Assembly: GCF_009914755.1 (NCBI RefSeq)
Contig: NC_060928.1
Length of the DNA: 64,000 nt
Source of the DNA: the human T2T-CHM13v2.0 reference genome, Homo sapiens
Direction: 5' to 3' (one strand)
Numbering within the stretch: the stretch's first letter is position 1; every line of letters starts with the position of its first letter. Shown piece after piece: positions 26,968 to 41,900 of the stretch. Made by a program: the position numbers and the translations under genes. The notes beneath the pieces were generated by a model. That model saw only the letters and a list, made by a program, of their open reading frames with translations. It was not told the DNA's origin and ran no database searches.

Positions 26968-28845
26968 CCATATGAAATTTAGGATTTTTTTTTCTAGTTC
27001 TCTTAAGCATGATGATTGTATTTTGATGAGAATTGAATTGCATTTATAGATTTATTTTGGCAATATGCTCATTTTCACAAAATTGATTCTACCCATCCAT
27101 GAGCATGGGATGTATTTCCATTTGTTCGTGTCATCTATGACGTTTTTCAGCAGTGTTTTGTAGTTTTCTTTGTAGAGGTCTTTAACCTTCTTTGTTAGGT
27201 ATATTCCTCATATATTCCTCAGTAATTTGTTTTGTTTTCCTTTCTTTCTTTTTTTTTTTTTTTGCAGCTATTTTCAAAATGGATGAGTTCTTTATTTGAT
27301 TCTCGGCTTTGAAACCTGCATAGTCAAAGAAAGACTACAAAAAAGAACAAACCTAGAGGCATTACATTACCCAATGTATTATAAGGCACATTAAAAGTTA
27401 CCAAAACAACATGGTATCAGTATGAAAACAGGCATGTACAGAATAGAGATTCCAGAAATAAAGACAAATACTTATAGCCAACTGAACTTTGACAAAGCAA
27501 ACAAAAACATAAAGGGGAAATGACACTCTATTCAACAAATGGGGCTGGAATAATTGGCAATCCACATGTAGATGAATGAAACTTCACCTTTGTCTCCCAC
27601 CTTATAAAAAATCAACTCAAGATGGATCAAATAGTGAAAACTAAGATCAGAAACAATAAAAAATTCTAGAAGGTAACACTGGAAAAACTCTTCTAGACAT
27701 TGGGTTAGGCAAAAACCTCATGACCAAAAATCCAAAAGCAAATGCAACTAAAACAAAGATAAATAGTTGTGATTTAATTAAACTAAAAAGCTTCTGCCAG
27801 CAAAAGAAATAATCAGCTGTGTAAACAGACAACTCACAGAGTAGTGGAAAATATTCATGAACTATGCATCTCACACCAAAAGGCTAATGTCCAGAATCCA
27901 CAAATGGCTAAAAAAAAAAAAAAAAAGAAAAAAACCCATCAAAAAGTAGCCTAAGGTAATAAATAGACAATTCTTAAAAGAAGATATATAAATGGCCAAC
28001 ATATATGAAAAAATGCTCAACTTCACTAATTATCAGGAAAATGCAAATCAAAACCACAATGCAATACCACTATACTCCTGAAAGAATGAATATAATTTAA
28101 AAATCCAAAAATAATAAAATGTTGGCATAGATGTGGTAAAAAGGGGACAGTTTTATGCTGCTATGGGAATGTAAACTAGTACAACTACTATGGAAAACCA
28201 TATGAAGATTCCTGTAAGAAATAACAGTAGAAGTACCATTTAATCCAGCAATCCCACTACTGTGTATCTTTACAGAGGAAAGGAAGTCTTTATATGAAAA
28301 AGACCCACACACATATATGTTTCCAACAGCACTGTTTGCAATTAAAAAAAAAAGAATGGAAGTAGCCTAAATGCCCATCAACCAACCAATAGGTGGATAA
28401 AGAAAATGTATACACACACACACGCGTGCGCGCACACACACACACACATATACACACACATATACATACTATATATATATATACACCATGGAATACTACT
28501 AAGCCATAAAAATAAACAAACTAATGGCATTAACAGCAACTTGTACAAAGTGGGAGGGCATTATTCTTAGTGAAGTAATTCAGGAATAGAAAACTGAACA
28601 TTCTAAATTGTCACTTATAAATGGGATCTAAGCTATGGGGATGCAAAGGCATAAGAATGATATAGTGGGTTCTAAGGATTCAGAGGAGAGGGTGGGAGGG
28701 GGTGAGGGATACAAGACTACACATTGAGTGCAGGGTACACTTCTCATGTGATGTGTGCACTAAAACCTCAGAAATTACCACTAAAGAACTTATCCATCTA
28801 ATCAAACACCACCTGTTCCCAAATAGCTATTGAAATAATTAAAAA
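26968..28845 (+). mobile_element. L1PB-type element with an inverted 5' segment (twin priming)
   Basis: 26968-27309 is antisense ORF2 DNA. 27311-28845 is sense ORF2 end plus an L1PB-like 3' UTR (gatgcaaaggcataagaatgata...ccactaaagaacttatcc). Approximate TSD atgataataaaa / atgagaataaaa. Confidence 0.85.
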
Positions 28846-29398
28846 TATGAGAATAAAATCAAACAGATGAATATTTTTAAATATCTGGAAAAAATAGAAT
28901 TGGCTTGTGAAACCAAAGATGTTGCAGAATAGTTCAAATTTACAGTAGGAAGCAGGAAAGAGTGGCTATATTTCTAATTCCACATAATTTCCACTGAGAA
29001 ATGACTTATGTGCTTAAAACAGTAAACATTTGGCCATAAATTTTAGCAAAAAATGTGACAATAAAGCTGCATGCATCATAAAAGCCAAGCAATACTACTC
29101 ATCTCAAAATATCAAAACGAAGAGAGAGACTTTCTAAACAATTTAACTATGTAATAGTTTCTTCAGCAACAGTTAAAACAACAGAATCCTGTTCAAAATG
29201 AAGCTAAATTATTCTGAGTATGTTCAAAACAGTACTGATACTGTCAGTAGACTTCTTAATGTTCTTGTGTTTATGTAAAATGTGTGAAATATAGTTAAGC
29301 TGAGTAAATTTTTTTCATGTAACTTGTGAATTAGAACAACAAATTTCAATATAAGTGCAACAAATTTCAATATGAGCTTGTACGGCTTTATGTTATTT

Positions 29399-29404
29399 TT
29401 TATT
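29399..29404 (-). promoter_or_regulatory. Candidate poly(A) signal (AATAAA) of the UGT2B10-like gene
   Basis: tttatt on the plus strand about 220 nt past the stop codon. Another lies at 29556-29561. Confidence 0.55.
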
Positions 29405-29622
29405 TTCCCTAGTGTTTTCTTCATTGCCACAAAATATTTCTAACCATTAACTGGGTGGTAAATCTCTGAAAAACAAATTTTTACTTGACAAGATAGATTT
29501 CGAAAAGATTTTTTTTTTTTTTGTCACAGGAAGAAAGAAATCTTGCATCACAATATTTATTGCTGGAATCAACTGAAGTATCCCTATCTATCAGGTTTTC
29601 CAGCTTCAAATCTCAGATTTAA

Positions 29623-29902
29623 CTAATCCCTTTTTCCTTTCTTTCCTTTTCTAGCGAACTTCCAGAAACAAAACAGACAACACTTTGTGATGATAAATAG
29701 CACAGTTGCCACACAGGCCAGCAGGAACCCAATCACATCCAAAGAGTGGTACTGGAACCAGGTGAGGTCATGGGCTGCAACTCGAAGGTGTTTGGCTCCT
29801 TTGTGGCGCATGACAAATTCAATCCAGAAGACTGCTCGATCCAAGGGCTTCACTGGTTGATCATGATGAATTCTTGATGATTTCATAATATTCTCTTTAT
29901 AT
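29623..29902 (-). pseudogene. UGT2B10-like exon 6 (open; transmembrane helix and ER-retention tail)
   Basis: TTCAG|ATATAAAGAG; [39 protein letters not shown]...KKGKRD*; 280 nt. Confidence 0.96.
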
Positions 29903-32900
29903 CTGAAGGATAAAAATAAAGATACCAACACTGAAAGTAAGTTAATTTGCCTGTACATATCAAGTCTATGAAAGGCATTTAAAGTGTCAAATAATTCAAA
30001 GTAAATGTCAAAGAATTGACATAGAATTTATGTATTTTAATTTGAGTCATCATAGAAAGTTTGGCTTTTAAATTGGACTTTTCTCATTAACAAATATTTT
30101 TAAAGTAGAAAAGGAAGGTCAGGTGAGAAAGTTATTTTTTCAAGCAGAGAAAGTATGAGGCATTTTTAATTTGTTTTTAATTTTTTAATTTTAAGTTTTT
30201 GTGGGTCCATATTAAGTGTACATATTTATGGGGTATATGAGATGTTTTGATACAATGTGAAATAATCACATCATGGAAAATAAGATACTCATTCCTTAAG
30301 CATTTATCCTTTGTATTATGAACACATTCCACATTACACTATTAGTTCTAAAACAGGCATATTAGAATGTGCTCAACATCATGAGCCATTTTAAGTGCTA
30401 TAAGAAAGATGTGAAAATGCAATCTGAGAATTATCATCTCTCAGGTCCTAAAAAGGAATTTTATCATGGTGGGTGACATGCCTCATAGCTAGTCACTTTG
30501 CTTCTAGATTACTCTTTTTTCTCCTACTGTTTCCTACCCTGTAGCCAGAATGATGTTTTGCAATTAAAGTGAGATTATGGCACTCTCCTGATTAAGATTT
30601 TTGCCTGGCTTCTCATTATTTTCAGAAAAAAATCCAACTCTATTATTTGGTCTACAGAACCCTACATTGTTAGACACTGGCAAGATCTTTTTCTAACACT
30701 TTTTCCCTGCACACTGTCTTCTAGATTGGCCTACTATTTTCCTTTAAGCTTCCAAAGGTGTTCTCATCTTAGCACTTTACACATTTTATCCCTTCTCTCC
30801 CGCTCTTGGAGTATTCTTTCTTGCTACACCCAAGGCATGCTTCTCTCTCTTGTTGTAGCTTCCCTCTAAGTGTTACCTCTAAGAGAGGCTTTTACTGGCC
30901 ACACTCTGATGGAACCTCTAGGATTTTCTCTGTTTACTGTGCTTATTTTCTATCTGATTCCTAGAATTTTTAAAATGATTTATATATCTCATAAAATATA
31001 CATTTAAATATAAAATACAAAAGATAAATATACTTGCACTAAGTGAATAGTTCAAAAATGGAAGATCATCTTAAACATTATCTTGAGGCGAAGATACCAA
31101 TTTACTTATTGTTCAGTTCATGGTATAGGATATCACAACCTGCCTAGAATAGCTCTCTTTTTCTGAACCATTTAGTCACCACTTTTGTCCACCAACTAAA
31201 GATTAGCCTGACTTTGAATAGCAGCACTAGTTTTGCTTGTTTATGTAATTGAATTATATAATATGTACTCCTTAGTGTCTGTTTTTTTTAATATAGCAGT
31301 TCTTGGGTAATTCCATTGCTGTGTAATATTTTGTTGATTGATAAAGCACAAACTATGTCTTCATTTTATGTTGAATATATATTTCTGTTGCTAACGATTT
31401 TTGGACACTGTTGATAATTCTGTCATGAACACTCTTCCATATACCATTAGATTTATATATTTATACATATCTGTTGTGTATATAATTGAGAGTAGAATTG
31501 CTGAGATAAAAGTGCATGCATAATTATGATTTACTTCTTGACTTTAAATTTTTTTGAAGTGTATTTTGTTAATTTCCAAAATTTAAAGATATTTTAGTAA
31601 TAGTATTTATAACATCCCTTACTTCCACTATGGCTGGATCATATAGTCTTTATGATATTGAATCTTTTTATATTTCCTAAGTCTTGATTTATTTCCCACC
31701 ACATGCCACTTCAAACGACTATTAACTATTCGACATGCTCTAGGAAAATGTGTCTTCCAGTTGATATATACGATACCTATACGTGTATTGTATATGTACA
31801 TATGTGTGTGTATATCATTTTACATTATAAGATTCCATTTGTTAATTGTGTTCTTCAAATGTTTTATGTTCTTACTCATTATTTGCTCTTTTTTTAAAAG
31901 TCTGTTTAGATTGAGTGAAAGTATTTGTATAATCACATTTAAATCTACCACTTTGTTTTATATTTCTTTTCTATTTGTCCAAGCTGGTTTTTGTTTCTTT
32001 TCAATTATTTCCCATCTTCTTTAAAGGTATTTTGATCATTCATTATCCTTCTATTTTCTTTGTGATACAATATTTTTAAAGTATTCCTTTAGATGATACC
32101 CTCCTTACACAAAAACTTTATTGAGAGTAGTTATAAATGCGGAATTGATGGTAGCTGGACTCCACAAGGAATTTTGCACATTGTTATCTTTGGGGTGTGA
32201 ATAAAATCAATTATTAAAATTTAACTTAAAATTATATTTTTTGTGCTTCAAAGACCATCATCAAAAAGTAAAAAGTTTGGTCACCCAGAATGGGACAAAA
32301 TATTTAAAAATTATATATCTGACTTGACCCATAATATATAAATAGTTCTTAAAACTTAATAGTAAGACTAATAGCAAAGTTAAAAATGTTCCAAGGATTG
32401 GAGTAGACATATTTTCTAAGAAGATATATGAATGATCAATAAGCACATATAAAGATTCTCAACATCTTTAGCAGTAATGAAAATGCTATCCAAGATGAAG
32501 ATGAGAGATCATTTTATATGCACTAAGAAGTATGTAAGAAAAAGACAGATAATAAGAGGTTTGGCAACAGTGTGGAGGAATTGGAACCATGTTGTACTGC
32601 TGGTGGTAGTGATGAATGGAACAAGTACTTTGGAAAACAGTTTAGCAGTTCTTCATAAACATACAGTTCTCACATGAGCCAGCAATTCCACTTATAGTAT
32701 CAACCCAAGAGAAAGGAAAACATATTTATGCAAAAACATGTGTAGCAATATTCATAGTAGCCTCAATTGGAAACAATCAAAAGGCCAATGAACTGATAAA
32801 TGAACAACTAAATTATGACGTATCCATACTACAAAATATTATACAAGTGTAAAAGGAAATTAAATATTAAAACACACAACAACATGAATTAAACTAAAAA

Positions 32901-33623
32901 CCATAAAAAAAAACAACAAAAAATTCGGCTAGGTGAAATGTCATTTACACAGTACCCTAGACTGTATGATTCCATTTATATGAAATATCTAGAGAGAATA
33001 ATCTATAGAGAAAGAAAACAAATTGGTGTTAGACTATGACTAGGCAGTCATGGGAGGTGATTTTGGTGTCATTGCAGTTTCTTTTGTGTTGATAAAAATG
33101 TTCCAAACTTATATACTGGTGATGACTTAATGACTCTGTAACATAGTAAAAATATTTGGAATTTTTGCCATAAATAGATGGGTTTTATGCTATCAAAATT
33201 AAATCTCATTTTCAAGTCTGTTACAATAATGATAATAAAAATTAATTTTTCAGCAAGAAAATAGTTATATTCTGAGACATTTTAGATATTTAATTAAAAC
33301 ATTTTATTATATTATTTCAAGTTTATTCTTCCTTTCTACTATGGATTCATTATGTCAAATTTTTAAGAAATTTTTTTATATTATCTATATCATTTTAAAA
33401 TTATTTTTGTTTAGAAAATTGTTTCACTAACTGGTTACTCACTAGATGTATGGGGTTCAAATACAATTTTTAAATAACATAAAAAATAAAAGCAGATTTT
33501 GGATTGGTTAAATCATTTAAATGCTTTCAAAATTACTCTCATAAAAAGGATGAAACTTATGCTAACTACTGACAAAAAAACTATCTATTAATACCACCTA
33601 GTGAAAAATATTGTTCTACTCAC

Positions 33624-33843
33624 GAAGGATCATTAATTACTGTCTTCAGTGCATTCAGCAGGTCTGTACTCGACATTGTGTTGAAGTCCACTCTAACAGC
33701 TGTTCCCTTGGCCTTCATGTGAGCAATGTTATCAGATTGATCAAAAAACAATGGAATGCCCACCATAGGGATCCCATGGTAGATTGTCTCGTAGATGCCA
33801 TTGGCTCCACCATGAGTTATAAAAGCTCTGGTTTTTGGATGAC
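33624..33843 (-). pseudogene. UGT2B10-like exon 5 (open)
   Basis: CCTAG|GTCATCCA ... GATCCTTC|GTGAGT; [46 protein letters not shown]; 220 nt. Confidence 0.96.
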
Positions 33844-34682
33844 CTAGGATTGGATGAATGTTAGCAAAATTATTCATAGGAATAAAATGAGATGCACAAT
33901 GAAAGGCTCTGAAAGTGACAGTGTTTTCTAGATTACACATTGAACTAATTTGCTATTACTTTTCAGACTTCAGAGGAAAAAACAGGTACTTGTGTTGGAG
34001 ATGTAACTGAAGGCTATATGGTGTGTGTGACTTCAGACTGCAAAACTTAATACAAGATTTCCAGTTGGACTAATGAAAAAGGGCATTCTAGATTTTAAAA
34101 ATGTGCACAAAAGAGGACAGCAAAGAGATGGGCATGAAATGAAGTGTTATTCTAAGTACAGTCACAGAGTGTGATATGTGGGGTGTGCAAGGCAGCAGGC
34201 AGTGGCTTGGTGGTGGTGCTAGGATTGAGGAGAGACAGGTCACACTTCATCATGAAATGTGTCATTACTTTAAGATTAAGATTAGGAATTTAGTCCTCCA
34301 GAAAATACAGAGTCACTGGTGATAGAAGAGCTATTATATTTAGTGGCATTTGAAATAACCCTGCAGGAGAGGAAAAAACAGGTGTAAAGCTGTAGAAATA
34401 GGAGACAGAGGGACAGCCCGGGAAGATATTGAAAAATTCTGTGAGATATAATAACACCTGAAATAAAGATTCTCTCTGATTCTGACCGTGAAGAATGTGA
34501 GTGTATATCATAAAATGCTAACAATTATAGCTAATTTTTCCCCCTAGGACTGGAAAATAAATATAAAGAAGTTACATTTTGTTTTCCTTAACAAATATTC
34601 AATAAGCTTGTTTCATGATGAACTATTAACACTCTAATACGCTGTTACTAATATATCCAGTATTTGTTCACCAGAATTTTAC

Positions 34683-34770
34683 CTAGAAGGTCATTCTGGG
34701 GTATCCACCTGTACAGCCGAGTATTGAGACCTAAGGCATCTGGTTTATTCCCATCAAATCTCCAAAGAAC
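34683..34770 (-). pseudogene. UGT2B10-like exon 4 (open)
   Basis: AACAG|GTTCTTTGG ... CTTCTAG|GTAAAA; [30 protein letters not shown]; 88 nt. Confidence 0.96.
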
Positions 34771-35034
34771 CTGTTACAGTAAAGAGAATATCTTATTCCA
34801 CGAGTGGAACTCAAAAGTTATAAAATGTTAGAACTGTAAAAAGAGTAGAAATGAGATCAAGGGATGATAGTAAATAAATCTATTCAAAGACCGCTGTAAA
34901 AAGAATACCCACAGTTTATTTTCTGAACTTTAATGATTTAGGTATATAAGAAACCATTATTTTCCAAAATAATACCTTAGAAAAATAAGATTATCAATGA
35001 AAAGTTCAAGTATTTAGAAAATTGTTATGTTTTT

Positions 35035-35845
35035 TAAAAGAAGAACTACCTGCGGCTAACCATCATATGAAGAAAAAAAGTTGAACATCACACATCATTA
35101 GAGAAATTCAAATCAAAACCACAATGAGATAACATCGCACACCGGTCAGAATGGCCATTATTAAAAACTCAAAAAATATCATGATGTTGGCAAGGTTGTA
35201 TGGAAAAGGAATTCTTATACTCTGTTGGTTGGAATGTAAGTTAGTTCAATCATTGTGGAAGACAGTGTGATGATTACTCAAAAACCTAGAGACAAAAATA
35301 CCATGAAACCCAGCAATCCCATTACTGGGTATATAACCAAAGGACTATAACTTGTTCTTTCATAAAGATCCATGAAAGTGCATGTTAGTTGCACTACTAT
35401 TCACAATAGCAAGGACATGAAATCAACCTAAATGACCATCAATTATGGACTGAATAAAGAAAATATGGTATATATGCACTACAGAATATTATGCAGCCAT
35501 AAAAAGAACAAAAATATGTATTTTGCAGGGATAAGGATTGAGCTGGTGGCCATTAGCCTTAGCAAACTAACATAGGAATTGAAATCCAAGTGTAACATGT
35601 CCTCACTTATGAGTGGAAGCTAAAAGATGAGAACACATGTACACATAGACGGCAACAACATACACTGAGATGTGTTGGAGGGTGGAGGATGGGAGGAAAG
35701 AGAGGATCAGGAAAAATAATAAACGAATATTAGTCTTAATACCTGGGTGATGAAACAATCTGTACAACAAACCCCCATGACACAAGTTTACCTATGTAAA
35801 AAACCTGCACATGTACTCCTGAACTTAAAATAGAAGTTAAAAATA
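35035..35845 (+). mobile_element. 5'-truncated older L1PA in intron 3
   Basis: aaatcaaaaccacaatgagata...ccagcaatcccattactgggtatata...atgagaacacatg...ctgaacttaaaa plus an A-rich tail. Confidence 0.9.
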
Positions 35846-36639
35846 AAGGTTAAATTAATTTAATTTAAAAAATAAAAATATTCTAAAAAAAGTATAAAAA
35901 ATTATAGGGAGTCATTGCAATTCTGGTGTAAAAAAACAGTAACAATTTAGTAATGACCTATATGTTTATTTTGTTTTATGTATTTTATATTAGTTTTCAT
36001 CTCCAAATTTAATTGTAATGTATTCGTTTCTTTTTGAGTAATATGAGTAGTTCCAATATATCTACTTGTCTGTAGGTTATTATATTAGAGCCTGTTGTCC
36101 TTTGATTGACAAAATAGCAAGTCTATAAAATAAGCTACTTACAAGAAATAAATAAATGCTGCAAGGGTTTTATGTATAACTTCGTTGGAATTACAAATTA
36201 TCAAGCACTACTTCCAAGAAAAATTTCAAGTGACAATTTTTGACACAAATTCAGAGTATTACCAACCAGTATTGCTAATTTTGGATTTTTTTGGCATAGA
36301 AATGAGGAACATGTTGGTATCATGAATAAAAATAAAGCTTTTCAATAACCTCAAAATTGTATTTTGCTGAATTTGGTCAACAGATTATTAACACTTAGAC
36401 AAGGTGCTACAAAGCTTTGACAACAGTGATTAATATGTTCTTCTATAGCCAAGACATTTTTATGTTTAAGTTACTAATTTTGAAACTCCAAAGCAATCCT
36501 CATAAACTGAACAATAATTTTCAGTGTTTAATTTTATTTGCTACATGAGTGTTAATGTAACTCAGGTTTAAGCAAAATTTAGAGGCCATTACAAGAAAGC
36601 TTTATCAGATAAGAAATTAAAAAGTAATTGACAGATACA

Positions 36640-37200
36640 CAAAGTTCACTGGTTTATTCTATATAGAAGAAAATATATTCCTACTATGTTCTATGGAGGG
36701 GGCATCTGAACCTGTTCCCCTGCCTGGCTTCCTTCTGTTTGTCTCCTTCCTATATTTCCTTCTGCTGCGTCCATTGGGAGGGGTTGTTAATCTGGTAATT
36801 AGTGCTGAGTCCTTGTGGGGCCACATTTTATACTGGACAGGATCCACCTTCAGGTCAGGATCCATCTCCATCCTTTCCCTTTCATCTTCCTGCTTCAGAT
36901 ATTGGCTGGGCCCAGTCCAGCAGGGCAAGCTGCTTTTCCTCTTTCTCTAAATCTACCTGGTTGTGTGGGTACTTGGACTAGTTGTCTGTTGGCCTAGGCC
37001 ACTCTTTCTCTGAATAGTAGCCTGAAATATCATTCAGATAGGCCTATTCCAAAATGTAGAGGAAGTACCTGAGGCTGGATAACATGGCAAGCCTCAACTG
37101 CATGATGCATGTCAGACTTTTTGAAATACCTGCTATTGTTATTTTGCTAGTGAAGTCACCCCTTAAAACATAACTTTTTCTGATAACATCTGTAGTGTGT
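36640..37200 (-). mobile_element. Ancient LTR-like block in intron 3, shared by the paralogs
   Basis: A GC-richer island with TATAAAA (36826-36832) followed about 170 nt later by AATAAA (36653-36658). Homologs lie at about 60600-61140 (+) and, split, at 18347-18387 / 19380-19870. Family not identified. Confidence 0.45.
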
Positions 37201-37677
37201 ACAGTGCAGTGCCATCAGGAATTCTTAAACAAAAGGGTCAAATGACAGGGGCAGAATTTGGTGATAACTCTTACCTGATCCCAATAACATGATAATATCG
37301 ATACTTCACCTACATTTCTTAAATAAATTTATTCCTGGTCATATTATTAATGCCAAATTTATTATAAATGAAAAACAGCCTCTATTATTATAGCATCGTC
37401 CATGTATATTTTTGATTTTGAACTAATATCTGAGATAATTAGTTCTTTCCCAAAAGCTAAATTTTTAGGCCTGAACTTTCTTATTTGTCATATTCATAAA
37501 GTTTATTTTAAAAAATTGTTTAAAACTTACCATACAGGAATATTTATTAATATACTTAAAAAGTTTGTTCCCTATGCTGAAGTAAAATACATTAGTGACA
37601 TCTTCCAGGCACCATGTTTATAAAAGTAAAACTTCTAAGTCCTGAAATATACTACAGTAGAGTCTATAGTTTACTAG

Positions 37678-37970
<293 letters not shown>

Positions 37971-38789
37971 TATAGTTTACACTTTTAATCACAGGATTAG
38001 AATTCATTCTTTTTACTCCCCTACTCTCCACACGTGCCAGTTATTATTCCTATATTAATGACATTCGATCATGTATACTACCACAGATCCTTAAATAGAG
38101 TATATACTGCATAATGACCACCAGAGCCAGTCTTCTCTATTTGTTGCCACGTATTTCATATAAGCATTTGACTTAAAGTACAAACAAAAATACTACATTC
38201 CTTAATTGTAAACATTCACCAAGGGCTTCCAGAGTACAAGTAATAGAGGTGGCCCAAGTGTTAGTCAAGTGTTCTTCACCCATTGGATACTGCTGAGATT
38301 AGGAAAACTCTTTTGAAGAAAATTATCATAAATCTTACTTGTATTTCTACAAGGATGCAGTTGTGGATATATATTTTTAGTTGAAAATACCTGAAAGTCA
38401 TTCTAAAGACTACATTAAGCACCATTTTCACTTAACTGAAATATATTGAGTTAAATTCAGCAGTAGGTATGACTGTTAATATCAGAAATTAAAAATAACT
38501 GTGGGTCTCAAGCTCCCTTTTGTGGATACATATGGAGTACTGAGTTCCCACTGATGTTAATAGGAATCACTCATGCATACCAAGGGTAGTAACTACCCCA
38601 GGGCCACATGTAATCACTAAGTCTGAGGCACAACTATTACTTCTGTCAGTGGATGCTATACAAGCATATTTAAGGCTGTATTCGCCTATAAAGAGTTCAA
38701 TCTACTCTTTAATATTCTTTCTATGTAGATCACAAACTTTAACAGCCTCTTTCAGTAGTTTTCCACGCCAGTAAGGCACTTTATCTTAC

Positions 38790-38921
38790 CTTTTGTGGGA
38801 TCTTGGCAAGGGCTGTTGCAATTACATTGGCCCTTTCTGCTGTCATGTTACTGACCATTGACCCCAGAGAAAACACCACAGCACCATATTCTCCAGAGCT
38901 CTGTACAAACTCCTCCATTTG
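38790..38921 (-). pseudogene. UGT2B10-like exon 3 (open)
   Basis: CCACAG|CAAATGGAG ... CAAAAG|GTAAGA; [44 protein letters not shown]; 132 nt. Confidence 0.96.
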
Positions 38922-41900
38922 CTGTGGAAAAAAAAATGTTTCATCACAAAAGAGTATCACCACAGCAGGCACTACTGAAAGAATTGGTACAAAATATCAA
39001 AGAGAGAAAATCCAGTATTTTGAGGAATTATTGGAGTAAATAATATTTTTTAACTGACTCAATCACTGTTTCTTTGCAAGAAGATGTATGAGATAGTTGG
39101 CCTCTGTTAAGGATATTTGTGTAAATATGTGTGTGTATGTAGGTATGTGTCTGTATGTGTGTAATGGAGAAAATAAATGGAACTATTACATTGTAGTCAG
39201 GGAGATAATGTTAAAAAATATACCCAGACCCTTCACTTATAATACTATAATTACTAATATAAGTTCTTGGAAAAGTGGCACCACTAGGGTTTAATTCTAT
39301 ATTTTTGTTCTACTAAATCACTTGTGTTTATTTCAGGCAGGTTTTCTGTAGAATTCTTTTAGTTTGAAGCCATTAGTGGTTTACTTCCCTAACTATGAGC
39401 ACTGAGGAAAAGCTACTTACAGTTGGGATAATTTTATATCTACATTTACATTACTCTGCAATGCTTTATGCTTCACTTAAAATTTGTCAGTTTTCCGGTA
39501 GTTTTTCAAAAAATGAAATAAAAAATAAAAGTTGGTGGTTAAGAATCACTGACATTCTGGAGTCTAGTATTGTGATTTGGAATTTTTATGAATCAGTCCT
39601 TAGAGTCTCATTTATAATACAGAATTGTACAGTTTGTAGTTAGTAGTTGAATAACTGTATTTTTCAGGTTATTGTTCAGGTGGAACACCTATTGCCCTGA
39701 AATCACACTGTTAAATTGATGTGCTATTTCTAACTGCATGTGAGGAACTCTCATCATCACTTTGTTGTGTCTCAGAGGCAGCACTGGCACCAGAATAGAA
39801 GAGGCCACCAGGCCTTTCTGCAGGGGGATCTTGTCTCTCTTTTGAGTAGCTCACGCACACCACATTACACTCCTGGTGAAGATGTGCTTGGCTGCAACTG
39901 ATTGAGAATTACTCTGACTTGAGTTCCCCAATGTATGCCAATATATAAATTTAAATACTTTCAGATTTAATCATTGGGGTAAAACTTTTCCAAATGGTTT
40001 TTAACAAAACAAAGAAAAAAGTGTCTAAATATTAACTGTGCACCACATATTATAGAGCTTTTTCTAAAATATGATTTTTAATCTTAAGTTAACATGATAG
40101 TCCCTGTACTATTCCACATAATACTTGGGGCATCTAGGTATTGTGTGTGATTGCAGTTACCTGTAGCCACATTTAATGTAACTCGTGTTCAGTGTTTCAC
40201 CTCACTAGCTTGATGCCAGAGCCTTATTTTTCTGTGCAGTGTTGAAGGAATCTAACCTCTGTGTAGAGATTCCTCACTGATATTGACTGGTTGTTTCTCC
40301 TTTTGTGATAATATTATAAAAATAATACAAAATTAATGTAATAAATTTTATAAAAGTATGAAAAGATTTTTTAAAATAGTTTTTTCTAAAATTTCTATCT
40401 AGAGATATTATTTATAGAAAATATGTATTATTTTATTATGGATTTTGTCCTATTTATATAGGTCAATGTACAGATGTGACACTTATTTAGAAAATTTTAA
40501 TCTTATTGTATATACATTTTCTCCTGCAAAAACTTACCATCTTGTTATATTTATCATTTTCTAATTCACTGTATTTGTATTATGGCTGACAGCGTAATTG
40601 AACATTTCATTGATAAAATTATTTTAGTGCTATCATAGGCACATAAGTTTTTAATCATTATTTCATATAAGATGTTGGATTACTTCCAATGTTAATTTTG
40701 TGAATATTTTCCATAATGTTTCATAGGTACATCTTGATTAATTTTTTAATTTCACATGACTATATTATAAAATTAATAACAATATGTATTTTTAAAACAC
40801 CTGATACATTTCATCAAGGGTCTTATTCTCTTAAAATATATAGAAATTATCTGAGAATTTAATATATAATTGAAAAGAAAGCAACCTGGGTTAGCAAATA
40901 TTTTACATAATAAACAATTAAAGAACTGGTTTCACAACCATTGACTTGCATTCAAAGCTTTCTGCAAGTTAATAACAAGAGCTAGTATTAGTAATTACCA
41001 CTAATGTACTACCAGTCAACCTTTTTTTCTTGTCCTTCTACACATGCTACTCTCTTCCTCCTTCTACTGGCACTATCAGTTTCCCTTAGTGTGAGTGGGG
41101 AAATCTTTCAAGAGTAGGGTAGAGTGGTATATATTTTTCATTAGTCTTACCTCATCGTTTGACTCTTGAGAAACTGACTATATAAAGCCCATACAATTTG
41201 CATTAAACATAGATACTGAGTTTTAACAATGGAATAAAATCTCAGTTTTATGCAAGCAAAAATGATCTTTTAAGAGATTGCATAATAATGCATTGAAGAA
41301 GCCTTCTTTGTACATATGTCTTAAAATGTGATGTTAATTTAAAATATATGAGGTTCTTCTATTCCTTCAAAAAGAATATAATCTTATACGCTGACGGAAT
41401 TTTTTTTCATATTGAAACTAAGGGCACTATTCAGACACAAGTGGTAGAAATTATTTGGTCTTTATTATACATGCATTGTTCATTATCTCTGTGCATCTCT
41501 GTCAGTCACCTATCATGTCAAGACGAGTTCCCCCAGGAAGCCTTACTGAGTTGCCTGTCATAAGGCAGAAATCATCTGCTCTAATAGGGTATGTTTATGC
41601 TCTAAAATGTAAAATTCTGGGATCTCAATGCAGAATGATTTAAATGCTTTATTAAAATCACGTGAACCCTGTGTTTGCACATATTTGAGGCATACATTTA
41701 TATTGTTGAGGAAGTGTTTTAAGCTGGAATGCTGGTGAAGATCCTATTACTTATGGAAGAATTTTAGAATTTCAACTAGCTTATCTTACTGTCACAACTG
41801 GTATGTCTACTATTAATCAAGTCCACAGGGTATCTGTCATCTATGACTTTGCAAGAGAATATAACCTTGATGTGCTGAATAATCTGGTTCTCTTAAATGA

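Noticed and set aside
29336-29378. 21-nt tandem repeat (caacaaatttcaatat) near the 3' end, within ORF 29224-29430
   Set aside because: It is a small duplication near the poly(A) region with no support for coding.
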